IMG/VR virus record: IMGVR_UViG_3300037391_000010
Coordinates: 32,001 to 96,000 of that record
Source: a virus
Reading direction: 5' to 3' (one strand)
DNA length: 64,000 nt
Made by a program: the position numbers and the translations under genes. The notes beneath the pieces were generated by a model, which was not told the DNA's origin, did not search any database, and saw only the letters and a list, made by a program, of their open reading frames with translations. Below, piece by piece: positions 55,918 to 64,000 of this stretch (positions are counted from its first letter, which is position 1; the number at the start of each line of letters is the position of its first letter).

Positions 55918-55968
55918 CCTTCCCAAATCCAAATCCTCCTGCTACGTAACCCTTTTGTATGGAGTCCC

Positions 55969-58101
55969 ATGGCTGACAAGAAAGTCAAAAGTACAACTTG
56001 GACAAAGCTCGCAGACAACCTTCTGCCTGACGCGACAAAGAAGATCAATGCCATTGACTTCATTGAAGGCCCGGGCGGAACTGGTATCGTCCTGCGTCCC
56101 GTTCAGCGTGTTCTCGTAAAGTCCCTCTTCGCCGTCCCATTCGATTACCGCCCCAAGTGGGCAGACGCCATCGAAAACTGGGGCATGGTGGAGATGTGGA
56201 ATCCATTCCGCGATGAACTGCTCCGCACAGTCACGGAAGAAGAGTACCTCCACATCGTTCACGAAGAAGGTCGCTGTAACGTTGGGGATTGGCGAGACAT
56301 ACCTGAAAGAGGCTTCAACGAAGCTGTTGTCTTCTGCGGTCGTCGTGGCGGTAAATCGGAAGTCGTCGCCGCCATCGCCGCATACAAACTCTACCTCACC
56401 CTGTGCATCAATTCGCCGCAGAAGTTTTTCGGCTTGGCCGAGGGCTCCAAGATCGACTTCACCTTTTTGGCTCAGGACGAAACGGGTGCAGGCCGACTGT
56501 TCCAAAAGCTTCAGGCCGCAGTCACCCGTGCAACGTGGTTCCACACCTACATCAAAGACAGCAACGTCAAGAACCTGACATTCACTTGCGAGGCTGACCG
56601 TCACCACAAGGTCGATGCCAAGCCGTCGATTCAAGTCGTATCGTTGCCTTGCACAACGAACGCCGTTCGTGGCCCTTCGTCTCTCTTCCTTGCCCTCGAT
56701 GAGTTCGCTCACTTCCGTTCCGAAGTGGGCTCCACGTCTGAAGATATGTATGTGGCCGCTACGCCTGCCGCTGGCGACTTCCACCATGAAGAAAACAAGC
56801 CCGTCATCCTTGATGAGGCTGATTTTCATCAAGCGGGCGATTTCAAGCACGTGGAACCAGTCGGTACGGAAGGCAAACTTGAATTTCAGGACTCATTGAT
56901 TCTGAGCATCTCGTCGCCATTGAAGAAAGTCGGTATGATGTACGACCTCTACCGCATGGCGATGGAGGACGGCATTAACGAGGACAACCCGACGTTCGCC
57001 CTGAGTTGTTCGTCGGCGGAAATGAACCCGAAGTTAAAGGCGGGGTTCTTGCGTGACAAAGCCCGTAAAAATCCTCTCACGTTTAAGGCTGAGTACGGCG
57101 GGCAGTTCTTGGAATCTACGGAATCGTTCGTTCGATCCATCGACATCATGACCTGTACGGATGTTACCGCATGGGATGTCAAAACCGAACCCACATTTGG
57201 CGTCCTTGCGCCCGCATCGGGAGCAATCGTCCGTCAAAACTGCGTGCGATTCGACGGTAATCAGGTGGGCTACAACTACTTCTGGGGTCTCGATCTGGGC
57301 GGCGTGAACGTCACCGATCCTGACAATACCCGACCCGATGGTTGCGCGTTGGCGATTGGGCACCTTGAGGTTCGTCAATCGCAGAACCCAACGCCCGGAT
57401 TGACTCACGGTTTTCACTTAGTGTTCGACTACATTGATCGTATGATTGCAGGTGAAAGGTTCGATGGCCCGGGGGTCGATATCCAAACTCCCGAGGGTGT
57501 GAAGTACACGGATTTCCAACTCCTGCCCGTGAAGGACATCCTGCTCTGGCTGAAGGAAATGAACAAGGTTCTCCCGTGCTACAAAGGATCAACCGATCAA
57601 CACGCAGGTCGTCAGCTTATCACCTTGTTGGAACAGAATGAAGTCAACAACATGGAACTGGTAAACTTGACTCCCGCAGTCAACTCGGAAATGGCGTATG
57701 CGCTGCGTTCGTTCATCAACGATCACACTGCCAACTTCCCGTATGTGCCCAAGTTCATCCATGAAATCAAGATGGTTGAGACCGACGTGGTTGCCAAATA
57801 CCGCATTCGCGTCCACGCCCCTCTGGAAAAGGGAGCCCACGACGACATGGTGGATGCTGTCATGCTCGTCGCTATGCAGGTTCAGACATGGCTAATTGAC
57901 GAGGGTCACCTGAAGATGGACCCAACGGGGCAGAGCCTTGTCATGCAGCGTCAGCAGGCACTCCCGAAGAAGCCGATTATCAACATAGATGCCATGAGTA
58001 TGAGTGACTTAAAGGCAGCGGAACGTGAATATCAGATGACCAAATTCAAGTTCGGCGGCGGCAGCCACCGTGTTGCCCGAGGTAGAGGACGCCGTTTCTA
58101 G
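55969..58101 (+). CDS. terL: Terminase large subunit
   Basis: Walker A GRRGGKS, Walker B FLALDEFAHF, coupling ISSP, AEYGGQF, nuclease GLDLG and HDDMVDA. Confidence 0.93.
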   Translation: MADKKVKSTTWTKLADNLLPDATKKINAIDFIEGPGGTGIVLRPVQRVLVKSLFAVPFDYRPKWADAIENWGMVEMWNPFRDELLRTVTEEEYLHIVHEEGRCNVGDWRDIPERGFNEAVVFCGRRGGKSEVVAAIAAYKLYLTLCINSPQKFFGLAEGSKIDFTFLAQDETGAGRLFQKLQAAVTRATWFHTYIKDSNVKNLTFTCEADRHHKVDAKPSIQVVSLPCTTNAVRGPSSLFLALDEFAHFRSEVGSTSEDMYVAATPAAGDFHHEENKPVILDEADFHQAGDFKHVEPVGTEGKLEFQDSLILSISSPLKKVGMMYDLYRMAMEDGINEDNPTFALSCSSAEMNPKLKAGFLRDKARKNPLTFKAEYGGQFLESTESFVRSIDIMTCTDVTAWDVKTEPTFGVLAPASGAIVRQNCVRFDGNQVGYNYFWGLDLGGVNVTDPDNTRPDGCALAIGHLEVRQSQNPTPGLTHGFHLVFDYIDRMIAGERFDGPGVDIQTPEGVKYTDFQLLPVKDILLWLKEMNKVLPCYKGSTDQHAGRQLITLLEQNEVNNMELVNLTPAVNSEMAYALRSFINDHTANFPYVPKFIHEIKMVETDVVAKYRIRVHAPLEKGAHDDMVDAVMLVAMQVQTWLIDEGHLKMDPTGQSLVMQRQQALPKKPIINIDAMSMSDLKAAEREYQMTKFKFGGGSHRVARGRGRRF

Positions 58102-58171
58102 GGATTTTCCCATTTATTAACCCAATTTCAAACTGTTAGGTAGGGACAAAACTACTCACACGGGGCTGAAC

Positions 58172-58650
58172 TTGGACTACCCAAACATCACCATCGCCGC
58201 TACAGCGGTCGCCGCACTGTTGGTCAGCATCTACCAGCACATGCGTGTCACAAAGATGCCCGACAAGATCAAGGCGGAAATAGCCGCCGACGCCCTTAAA
58301 GCCGCCGCCCTTATGCTGGCGGATTCCGTGCTTGCCGCAGCCAAGATCAAGGCCGACGCAGTTGTAGCCGCAGACAAAATCGTAGCAGCCGCAAAATAGC
58401 CGACAGCAACACCGAACTGAAACAAACCCTCGAAGGACAGGTCGCTGCCCAGAGAGAACTCGCCGTAAGCGTTCACCAGCTTGCCGAGGCGATGCACCAC
58501 CAATCTGAATTACACTCCGAACAACTTCAACTGATCCGCGAGATGAGCAACGAACAGAAGCTCCTCGCCCAGAACCAGATGACCATCATGAATGGTTTCC
58601 AGCGGGTCGTGGAGCAGTTGATTAACGTCGTGAGTGACAAGAGCGCATAA
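58172..58650 (+). CDS. N-terminal TM + coiled-coil protein (holin/spanin-like?), split by a -1 shift at 58393-58399
   Basis: 0 frame stops at TAG 58397-58399; -1 frame gives ~84 more coiled-coil residues to TAA 58650 next to the following SD. Confidence 0.55.
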
Positions 58651-58660
58651 GGAGATAGCT

Positions 58661-58864
58661 ATGGCCGTTGAAAAGACCGCATTTGAATTACCGCAGTTTG
58701 ATCCCATCGCAGCCAGCAGGACGGCGTTGGAGGATACCCTTGATCGGTTCCAGCAAACGTTCGAGTCCTACTCGAAGCCCGAGTTGCGGCGTCGGCTGAA
58801 AGAAAAAGTCGGAAAAATTAGCATCGTTGTCGCACCAAACGGCATCGAAAAGAAGGCTGAGTAG
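58661..58864 (+). CDS. Small hypothetical protein
   Basis: SD AAGGAG before ATG 58661. Confidence 0.6.
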   Translation: MAVEKTAFELPQFDPIAASRTALEDTLDRFQQTFESYSKPELRRRLKEKVGKISIVVAPNGIEKKAE

Positions 58865-59018
58865 TAACGCTCGTAACCTTTTTCCACTTGGCAAAACCCA
58901 AACCTTGGTGTATAAACTAGATATGCCCTATGTACTAAAGGGTTAACGTGCCTACAGTGGAAGGCATAGGGCTGGATTCCTATGGAGTTCAGTATTTTGA
59001 TGGCGTGCTGGAGACTGA

Positions 59019-60074
59019 ATGGTTCCGTTAGAGACCACTGCATTCGCATTTTCTTCCCTCAAGTTCGGCAATCTCTTAGCTGTAGCTCTCTTTCAAGGCC
59101 CTAAACGAATCGATCAACTCTTCGCCCTCGCGCAGGAACGTATGCTGCACGAATGCGGTGACAAATGGCAATACGAGCTTATCCAGACCCTCATCGCTAT
59201 CGGTGAAGAAGTCGATGGCGTGTGGCACGTCCGCCGCACTATGCCAACGGATTTGCTCCCCGTCACCACACCCCCGCCCACCAAACCAGACTCCCAGTAC
59301 GACAAGATTCAGTACGATCCTCGCACGGGGCACCACGTCGGCGACGACGGTTTCCGCGTCCCGAAAGATTTCCTCGAATTCTACGAACGCTACCCCAACT
59401 ACATCCGCAATTGGGTGAAGAAACGCCTCGCCCGCTTTACAGTGGACGAAGACGTTGAAGACTGGACGCAGGATTTAATCATTCACATGAAGTACCTGCC
59501 GCAGACCAGCAAGCATCGCAAGCCGGGTGCAAATGACCGCATAAATGGCTGCACGGACGTGATCGAGACGTTCAACCCCATCAGTCAATATGGGGCCAGC
59601 GAACGTCGTTTTCGCTCCTATGTCAACATGTGCCTCACGAACAAGTTCAACACCGTGTACTCGAAGCGCAACAAGAATCCAATCTGTCGGCAGGGCAACG
59701 TCACCATCGTGACCAACGTTGATCCGTCGCACGAAAACGGTGAGTATGATGTGGTGGACGATGCGTATTGCCACGTGCATTCAGACTACCTGAGTGCCGC
59801 CACGTCCCGCTCCGCACAGCAGTACGAAAACTACCTGCTCGCCAATGAGTTTCGTCGTTACGTTGAGGCGAAAGACCCCGAGTTGGCACCAGTGGTGGAT
59901 GCGATCCAGCACGCTTCGTCCCAACACGAGGCTGCTCGATCTTTGGGCATCAGCGAAACCCTTTTCGCCCGTCACCGCACGCGGCTGAAGGAGTTGGCCG
60001 CAAGCTTCCAAAACCACGATGTGGGAGAGGGCAAACGGAAGCGCGGGCGACGTAAAACGGCGCAGGTGGTATAA
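59019..60074 (+). CDS. Phage ECF-like RNA polymerase sigma factor
   Basis: Region 2-like FYERY..YIRNWV...DVEDWTQDLII...F.P...FRSYV; region 4 HTH SQHEAARSLGISE...HRTRLK. Confidence 0.7.
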   Translation: MVPLETTAFAFSSLKFGNLLAVALFQGPKRIDQLFALAQERMLHECGDKWQYELIQTLIAIGEEVDGVWHVRRTMPTDLLPVTTPPPTKPDSQYDKIQYDPRTGHHVGDDGFRVPKDFLEFYERYPNYIRNWVKKRLARFTVDEDVEDWTQDLIIHMKYLPQTSKHRKPGANDRINGCTDVIETFNPISQYGASERRFRSYVNMCLTNKFNTVYSKRNKNPICRQGNVTIVTNVDPSHENGEYDVVDDAYCHVHSDYLSAATSRSAQQYENYLLANEFRRYVEAKDPELAPVVDAIQHASSQHEAARSLGISETLFARHRTRLKELAASFQNHDVGEGKRKRGRRKTAQVV

Positions 60075-60124
60075 TAGGCAACAAATGCAAGAACTTCGGG
60101 TTCTAATCTAGTATGGGGGCGAGC

Positions 60125-60865
60125 ATGTTCGAAGATAGCCTTTTAGAGTCAGGCCGTAAATTGAAGGACAAACGCGGGCGGTACACGTCGGTCGCATTTC
60201 TGATCGAGGCGGTGGTACTGGGCATCGCGCTCCTGATCCCTCTGTATTACACTGAGGAACTCCCCAAGGCCCAACTCCTCACATTCTTGATTGCCCCAGC
60301 CCCGCCCCAGCCGCCTCCCCCTCCAGCGGCAGCCATCGTTAAGACAGTGAAAGTAAAGGTCGAAACCGATCTCACCGATGGCAAACTCAGAACGCCAACA
60401 CGGATTCCCAACAAAATTCAGAAGATCGTCGAAGACGTTGCGCCTCCATCCGTTTCTACCAGCGGCGTGCAGGGCGGCGTAGTCGGTGGAGTTCCGGGAG
60501 GCGTCCCGAACGGTGTGCTAAATGGTATCCTCAGTATGAACCCGACTGTTCAGCCTACACTCGCCCCGCCGAAAGTTGTACGTGTGTCTACTGGCGTGTC
60601 CACTGGAAACCTGATCCGTAGAGTGCAACCGAACTATCCGCCGCTGGCACGGCAGGCCCGCGTTCAGGGCTCCGTGTTGTTAGAAGCCACGATCTCTGAG
60701 AACGGCGACATCGTGGACTTGCATGTCGTCAGCGGGCACCCCATGCTCGTTACCGCTGCGGTTGAAGCGGTCAAGCAGTGGAAGTACAGACCGTACCTGT
60801 TGAATGGGTTGCCTGTCTCGGTACAGACTCAGGTTCAAGTGAATTTCACCTTGTCTGGTTCATAA
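60125..60865 (+). CDS. tonB: TonB-family energy transducer (Acidobacteria-type N-terminus)
   Basis: MFEDSLLES, single TM, Pro-rich linker, GGVVGGVPGG, C-domain PNYPPLARQARVQGSV...GHPML..AA.EAVKQWKYRP. Confidence 0.9.
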   Translation: MFEDSLLESGRKLKDKRGRYTSVAFLIEAVVLGIALLIPLYYTEELPKAQLLTFLIAPAPPQPPPPPAAAIVKTVKVKVETDLTDGKLRTPTRIPNKIQKIVEDVAPPSVSTSGVQGGVVGGVPGGVPNGVLNGILSMNPTVQPTLAPPKVVRVSTGVSTGNLIRRVQPNYPPLARQARVQGSVLLEATISENGDIVDLHVVSGHPMLVTAAVEAVKQWKYRPYLLNGLPVSVQTQVQVNFTLSGS

Positions 60866-61021
60866 GACTATTGTCTGATTTCCCAGACTACGGTATTATT
60901 ATAGTGCATGGGGGAGAAAGACCCCCGAAACGTTGTTCATCTGAGTAGCTAGTTCCAATGAGTTCCGTTAGAATCGGGCTTGGAACTAGCCTTTTTTCTT
61001 TCCTCGTGGTATCATCGGAAA

Positions 61022-61318
61022 ATGAACTGGCAAAGATTCGGTTTCGGAAGCGGCTTCGTTGTTTTCTCGGTCGCCAGCATTCTGTTCGGCCTTGATATCC
61101 ACCCTGCGGGGCGTTTGTTTCAATTTCTCGTCTACATGATCGTCTGGGCTCTGATCTCAACTCTCATCATCTATCCCATCAAAACACGACGGGCTGCCAA
61201 AAAGCAGAAAGCAGTGGACGACGCGAAGCGGGCGGCAGAGATAGCGACCAAAAAAGCGAAAGCGGTTGACTACACCCCCTCATTCGCGGCTGTCCGAAAA
61301 GGCGTCCGCAAGAGCTAA
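61022..61318 (+). CDS. Two-TM membrane protein
   Basis: Two hydrophobic helices and a basic tail. Confidence 0.55.
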   Translation: MNWQRFGFGSGFVVFSVASILFGLDIHPAGRLFQFLVYMIVWALISTLIIYPIKTRRAAKKQKAVDDAKRAAEIATKKAKAVDYTPSFAAVRKGVRKS

Positions 61319-61319
61319 C

Positions 61320-61895
61320 ATGCTGGAATTCAAGAAACTGTTGCGGACAGGCCGAACGCCAAGAGTACACCCCAACGGATTCATTCAACTCGACCTTAAC
61401 GACGAGCACTCCATGCGGCTCCACGTTTGGCCCGTAACCGAACTCCCAGACAGGCAGAAGACTCGGCACCCCATCCACGATCACTCGTTTGACATGGTGA
61501 GCACGGTTCTGACGGGAAAGCTGATAAACGAAAACCTCGTGTTCCTCACAGTAGCCAATCACCCCGACCTGATCCCAAACCACCAAGAGTACCGAGGCGT
61601 CAAGATCGGGCAGGAAGAAACCATCCTGCAACCCACTGGTATTTACGGAAGCCTCACCGACATGAGTCGAGAGGTTATCTTCCCGGGTCAATCGTACCGA
61701 GTGCCAGCTAAGAGGTTCCATAACAGCATAGCCGAAGGGCTCACAGCAACGCTCATGTCAAAGCTGGATGGCGAGCCGTATAGCCCCCGCGTACTCGTTC
61801 CAGTCGGCGTGCACCCCGACAATGACTTTCGCCGCGAGCAGACCAAGCCGGAAATCCTATGGGAACAGATCGAACTCGCCCTCGCCGCCTGCTGA
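61320..61895 (+). CDS. Cupin-fold protein
   Basis: HPNGF...LHVWP...IHDHSFDM-x-S-x-VL-x-G...FHNS. Confidence 0.65.
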   Translation: MLEFKKLLRTGRTPRVHPNGFIQLDLNDEHSMRLHVWPVTELPDRQKTRHPIHDHSFDMVSTVLTGKLINENLVFLTVANHPDLIPNHQEYRGVKIGQEETILQPTGIYGSLTDMSREVIFPGQSYRVPAKRFHNSIAEGLTATLMSKLDGEPYSPRVLVPVGVHPDNDFRREQTKPEILWEQIELALAAC

Positions 61896-61912
61896 CCCCC
61901 TACCCGTGGTAC

Positions 61913-62367
61913 ATGCCATTTGGCACCCGTCTGCGGCGTGCTGTCGTCTACAATCCCGCGCACCAGTCTGAAGCCTACACGGGCAATCCCAAGAAAAAGA
62001 AGCTTCCTTGGCCTCGATGGAGGAAGGAAGTCGCTCGCATCCTCATCATTCTAGACGTGTTCCTGAGCCAGCCCGAATATTGGCTCGTCAGTCATTACGA
62101 TCTCACCTACCCTCAATGCTCTCGCCTGAGACGCCTCCTCCTCTGGGAAACCCGTTTCTACCTCTGGGCTGCTGGTTTCTCCGAATAAAATCTGCCTACC
62201 GTCCTTCTTGTTAGGGGGACATTCTCATGTTCAGTCTAATCAAGCTTGCTATCGATGCTGCGGTTCTTGCGGCTGTGTTCTACGGCGGCGTCAAGTTTGG
62301 GATAGCATATCCCACTGTCGGTGCGAAACTCACTTCACTCTTTAGCTGGGTAAAGTCCTTACTCTAA
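61913..62367 (+). CDS. Two small genes (61913-62188; 62227-62367 single-TM)
   Basis: ORFs with plausible starts; the second follows a promoter motif and GGGGGA. Confidence 0.5.
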
Positions 62368-62376
62368 GGTGAACCG

Positions 62377-62676
62377 ATGAGCCCGATTAAAGACATTTTG
62401 GAGATCGCGGAGAACATCACCGTTCTTCTGGCTCTCCTCGGTGGGGCGGCGGGAGGCATCAACTGGTACGTCAAGCGACATGATCGTCAGGCGGCAGGTG
62501 AGAAGGCCGTCAGTCAAATCGATGCTTTGGCGACAGGCTTCCCCAATATGGTCGCAGACATGGCGGTTGTGAAGAAGACCAACGAGAAAGCTGTCGATCT
62601 TCTAACCAGCATGGACAAGGGAATCGCAGTGATGGCTGCACGAAGCGAAGGTTCTAGAACACGGAGAACTGACTAA
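62377..62676 (+). CDS. Single-TM coiled-coil protein (holin-like)
   Basis: ITVLLALLGGAAGGINWY followed by an amphipathic coil. Confidence 0.5.
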   Translation: MSPIKDILEIAENITVLLALLGGAAGGINWYVKRHDRQAAGEKAVSQIDALATGFPNMVADMAVVKKTNEKAVDLLTSMDKGIAVMAARSEGSRTRRTD

Positions 62677-62685
62677 GGAGACACG

Positions 62686-63222
62686 ATGCTTACACGACCA
62701 ACAATAGTAATCAACAACGCGCCGATCACGCTCAGCCCCACGTTCGGGATGACAGGCGGACCAACGGGATTGAACCCGCTCTACACGGCCTGCGACCCCG
62801 CTAACGGGAATTATTTCCTGACGACTGGTCGCGATCTGGTGAGCTTCTATTGTGCAGCCGCCGCTACCGCTCTTCCATGGTCTGGCACAACGCAATATCT
62901 CCCGGGGCAGGTGGTTAATTTCAGCGGTCAGGCTTACATCGCCCTCATTGGCAGCTTGGCTCAGACGCCATCCTTGTCACCCCCATCATCGTTCTGGGGC
63001 GCTTATGCGGACGGAGATAGTACGATCACGCTTTTCTCGGCTCCTGATGCTTGCACGGGCCGAACGTCCGATGTTGACGATTACGTTGTACCTGTCGCCA
63101 CGGAGCTTTATCCGGGTGTCGAATTTCTGGTGCTGCCGTCCTCGGTATTCACGCAGGCGAGCACGCAATTCCAATTTCTAGCCAGTTCGAATCTGGTGAG
63201 CGTTTACATAAGGCACTTCTAA
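62686..63222 (+). CDS. Virion protein with a CBM5/12-like carbohydrate-binding insert
   Basis: WSGTTQYLPGQVVNFSGQAYIA...P...FW. Confidence 0.6.
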   Translation: MLTRPTIVINNAPITLSPTFGMTGGPTGLNPLYTACDPANGNYFLTTGRDLVSFYCAAAATALPWSGTTQYLPGQVVNFSGQAYIALIGSLAQTPSLSPPSSFWGAYADGDSTITLFSAPDACTGRTSDVDDYVVPVATELYPGVEFLVLPSSVFTQASTQFQFLASSNLVSVYIRHF

Positions 63223-63231
63223 GGAGTCATC

Positions 63232-64000
63232 ATGCCAAATCCTCCAACAATCATCAACGGTCAACTGATTTTCAAGGGTTCCATCTCTGGACAGGTCGCG
63301 GTTCAGGCACAGCCCATCGCGGGCAACAACCTGATTTTCAACCTGCCTAACACGGTGCCGAATCCGAACGCCGTACTCTCGGTGATCGCGGTCACTGGCA
63401 GCACAGTCACCTTCGGCTTCGCCCCGCCTGCTCCGCAGTCCTTCAACTTCTCGCAGATCACGGGCACCATCGCTACCTCGCAACTGGGCAGCGTTGAAGG
63501 CAACGGCTCCAAGGTTCAGTTGACGACAGGGGCGGCAGTGTCGCCAGTCACTTCAGAACTGGGCACGGCAGCAAACTACGCCATCCTCGCTTACAGCGGT
63601 GTCACCAACACTGGTGCTTCCGTCATCACTGGCGGCAACGTCGGTTCAGCACCGACCACAGGCCCACAGGCTGGCTTTACTTTCATCGCTCCAGCAGCCA
63701 TCGACAACACGCACGCGGCTGCGGCACGTCTTGCGGGTAACGCGGCGTTTGCTCATTACTCCGCATTGACCCCGACTCAGACGGGTCTCGCCAACCTCAG
63801 CACCAACAGCGGTGGGGGCGGCGTAGGTATCTATCAAGCTGGTGTCTTCTCTGGCGGTGCGCTCGACATCCCGACCAGCATTACACTGGACGCTCAGGGC
63901 AACCCCGGCGCGGTCTTCGTCTTCATCTCGGCGTCTACCACGATTCTTGAGAGCGGAGCATCCATCCTCCTCGTCAACGGTGCACAAGCGGCTAACGTCG
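63232..64000 (+). CDS. Third DUF3494 ice-binding-like virion protein, truncated by the window end
   Basis: SD AAGGAG; LGTAANYAILAYSGVTNTGASVITG...ITLDAQGNPGAVFVF...LVNGAQAANV (absent from the ORF track because it has no stop). Confidence 0.85.
   Translation, partial: MPNPPTIINGQLIFKGSISGQVAVQAQPIAGNNLIFNLPNTVPNPNAVLSVIAVTGSTVTFGFAPPAPQSFNFSQITGTIATSQLGSVEGNGSKVQLTTGAAVSPVTSELGTAANYAILAYSGVTNTGASVITGGNVGSAPTTGPQAGFTFIAPAAIDNTHAAAARLAGNAAFAHYSALTPTQTGLANLSTNSGGGGVGIYQAGVFSGGALDIPTSITLDAQGNPGAVFVFISASTTILESGASILLVNGAQAANV

Noticed and set aside
1-64000. Genome-wide TAG recoding implied by the CUA tRNA
   Set aside because: Long genes are uninterrupted in code 11, and read-through of the TAG stops I checked gives only short or meaningless extensions

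Overview
This is a 64-kb segment of a large (probably jumbo) tailed phage genome. A TonB gene of the Acidobacteria type suggests an acidobacterial host. The window holds the major capsid protein, large terminase, many Gly/Ser/Thr-rich virion fibre/decoration proteins (three with DUF3494 ice-binding-like domains), five free-standing homing-endonuclease-like genes and an early region of small genes behind repeated leaderless promoters. It also holds a ~9-kb glycosylation operon (GT6 x2, GT31, GT11, GT2 x2, RmlB-like, GME-like, two methyltransferases), an ECF-like sigma factor and a tRNA with a CUA (amber) anticodon. The most striking feature is a set of giant proteins (2002, 1971, ~1050, 643 and 353 aa) built from short unrelated cassettes punctuated by a recurring (K/R)-x-A motif. 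I interpret these as virion-packaged polyproteins cut by a head-maturation protease, which is not in this window. One cassette appears to be a paralogue of the phage's own sigma factor. All calls come from reading motifs by eye; no searches were run. Four apparent 1-nt frameshifts at homopolymers may be sequencing errors.
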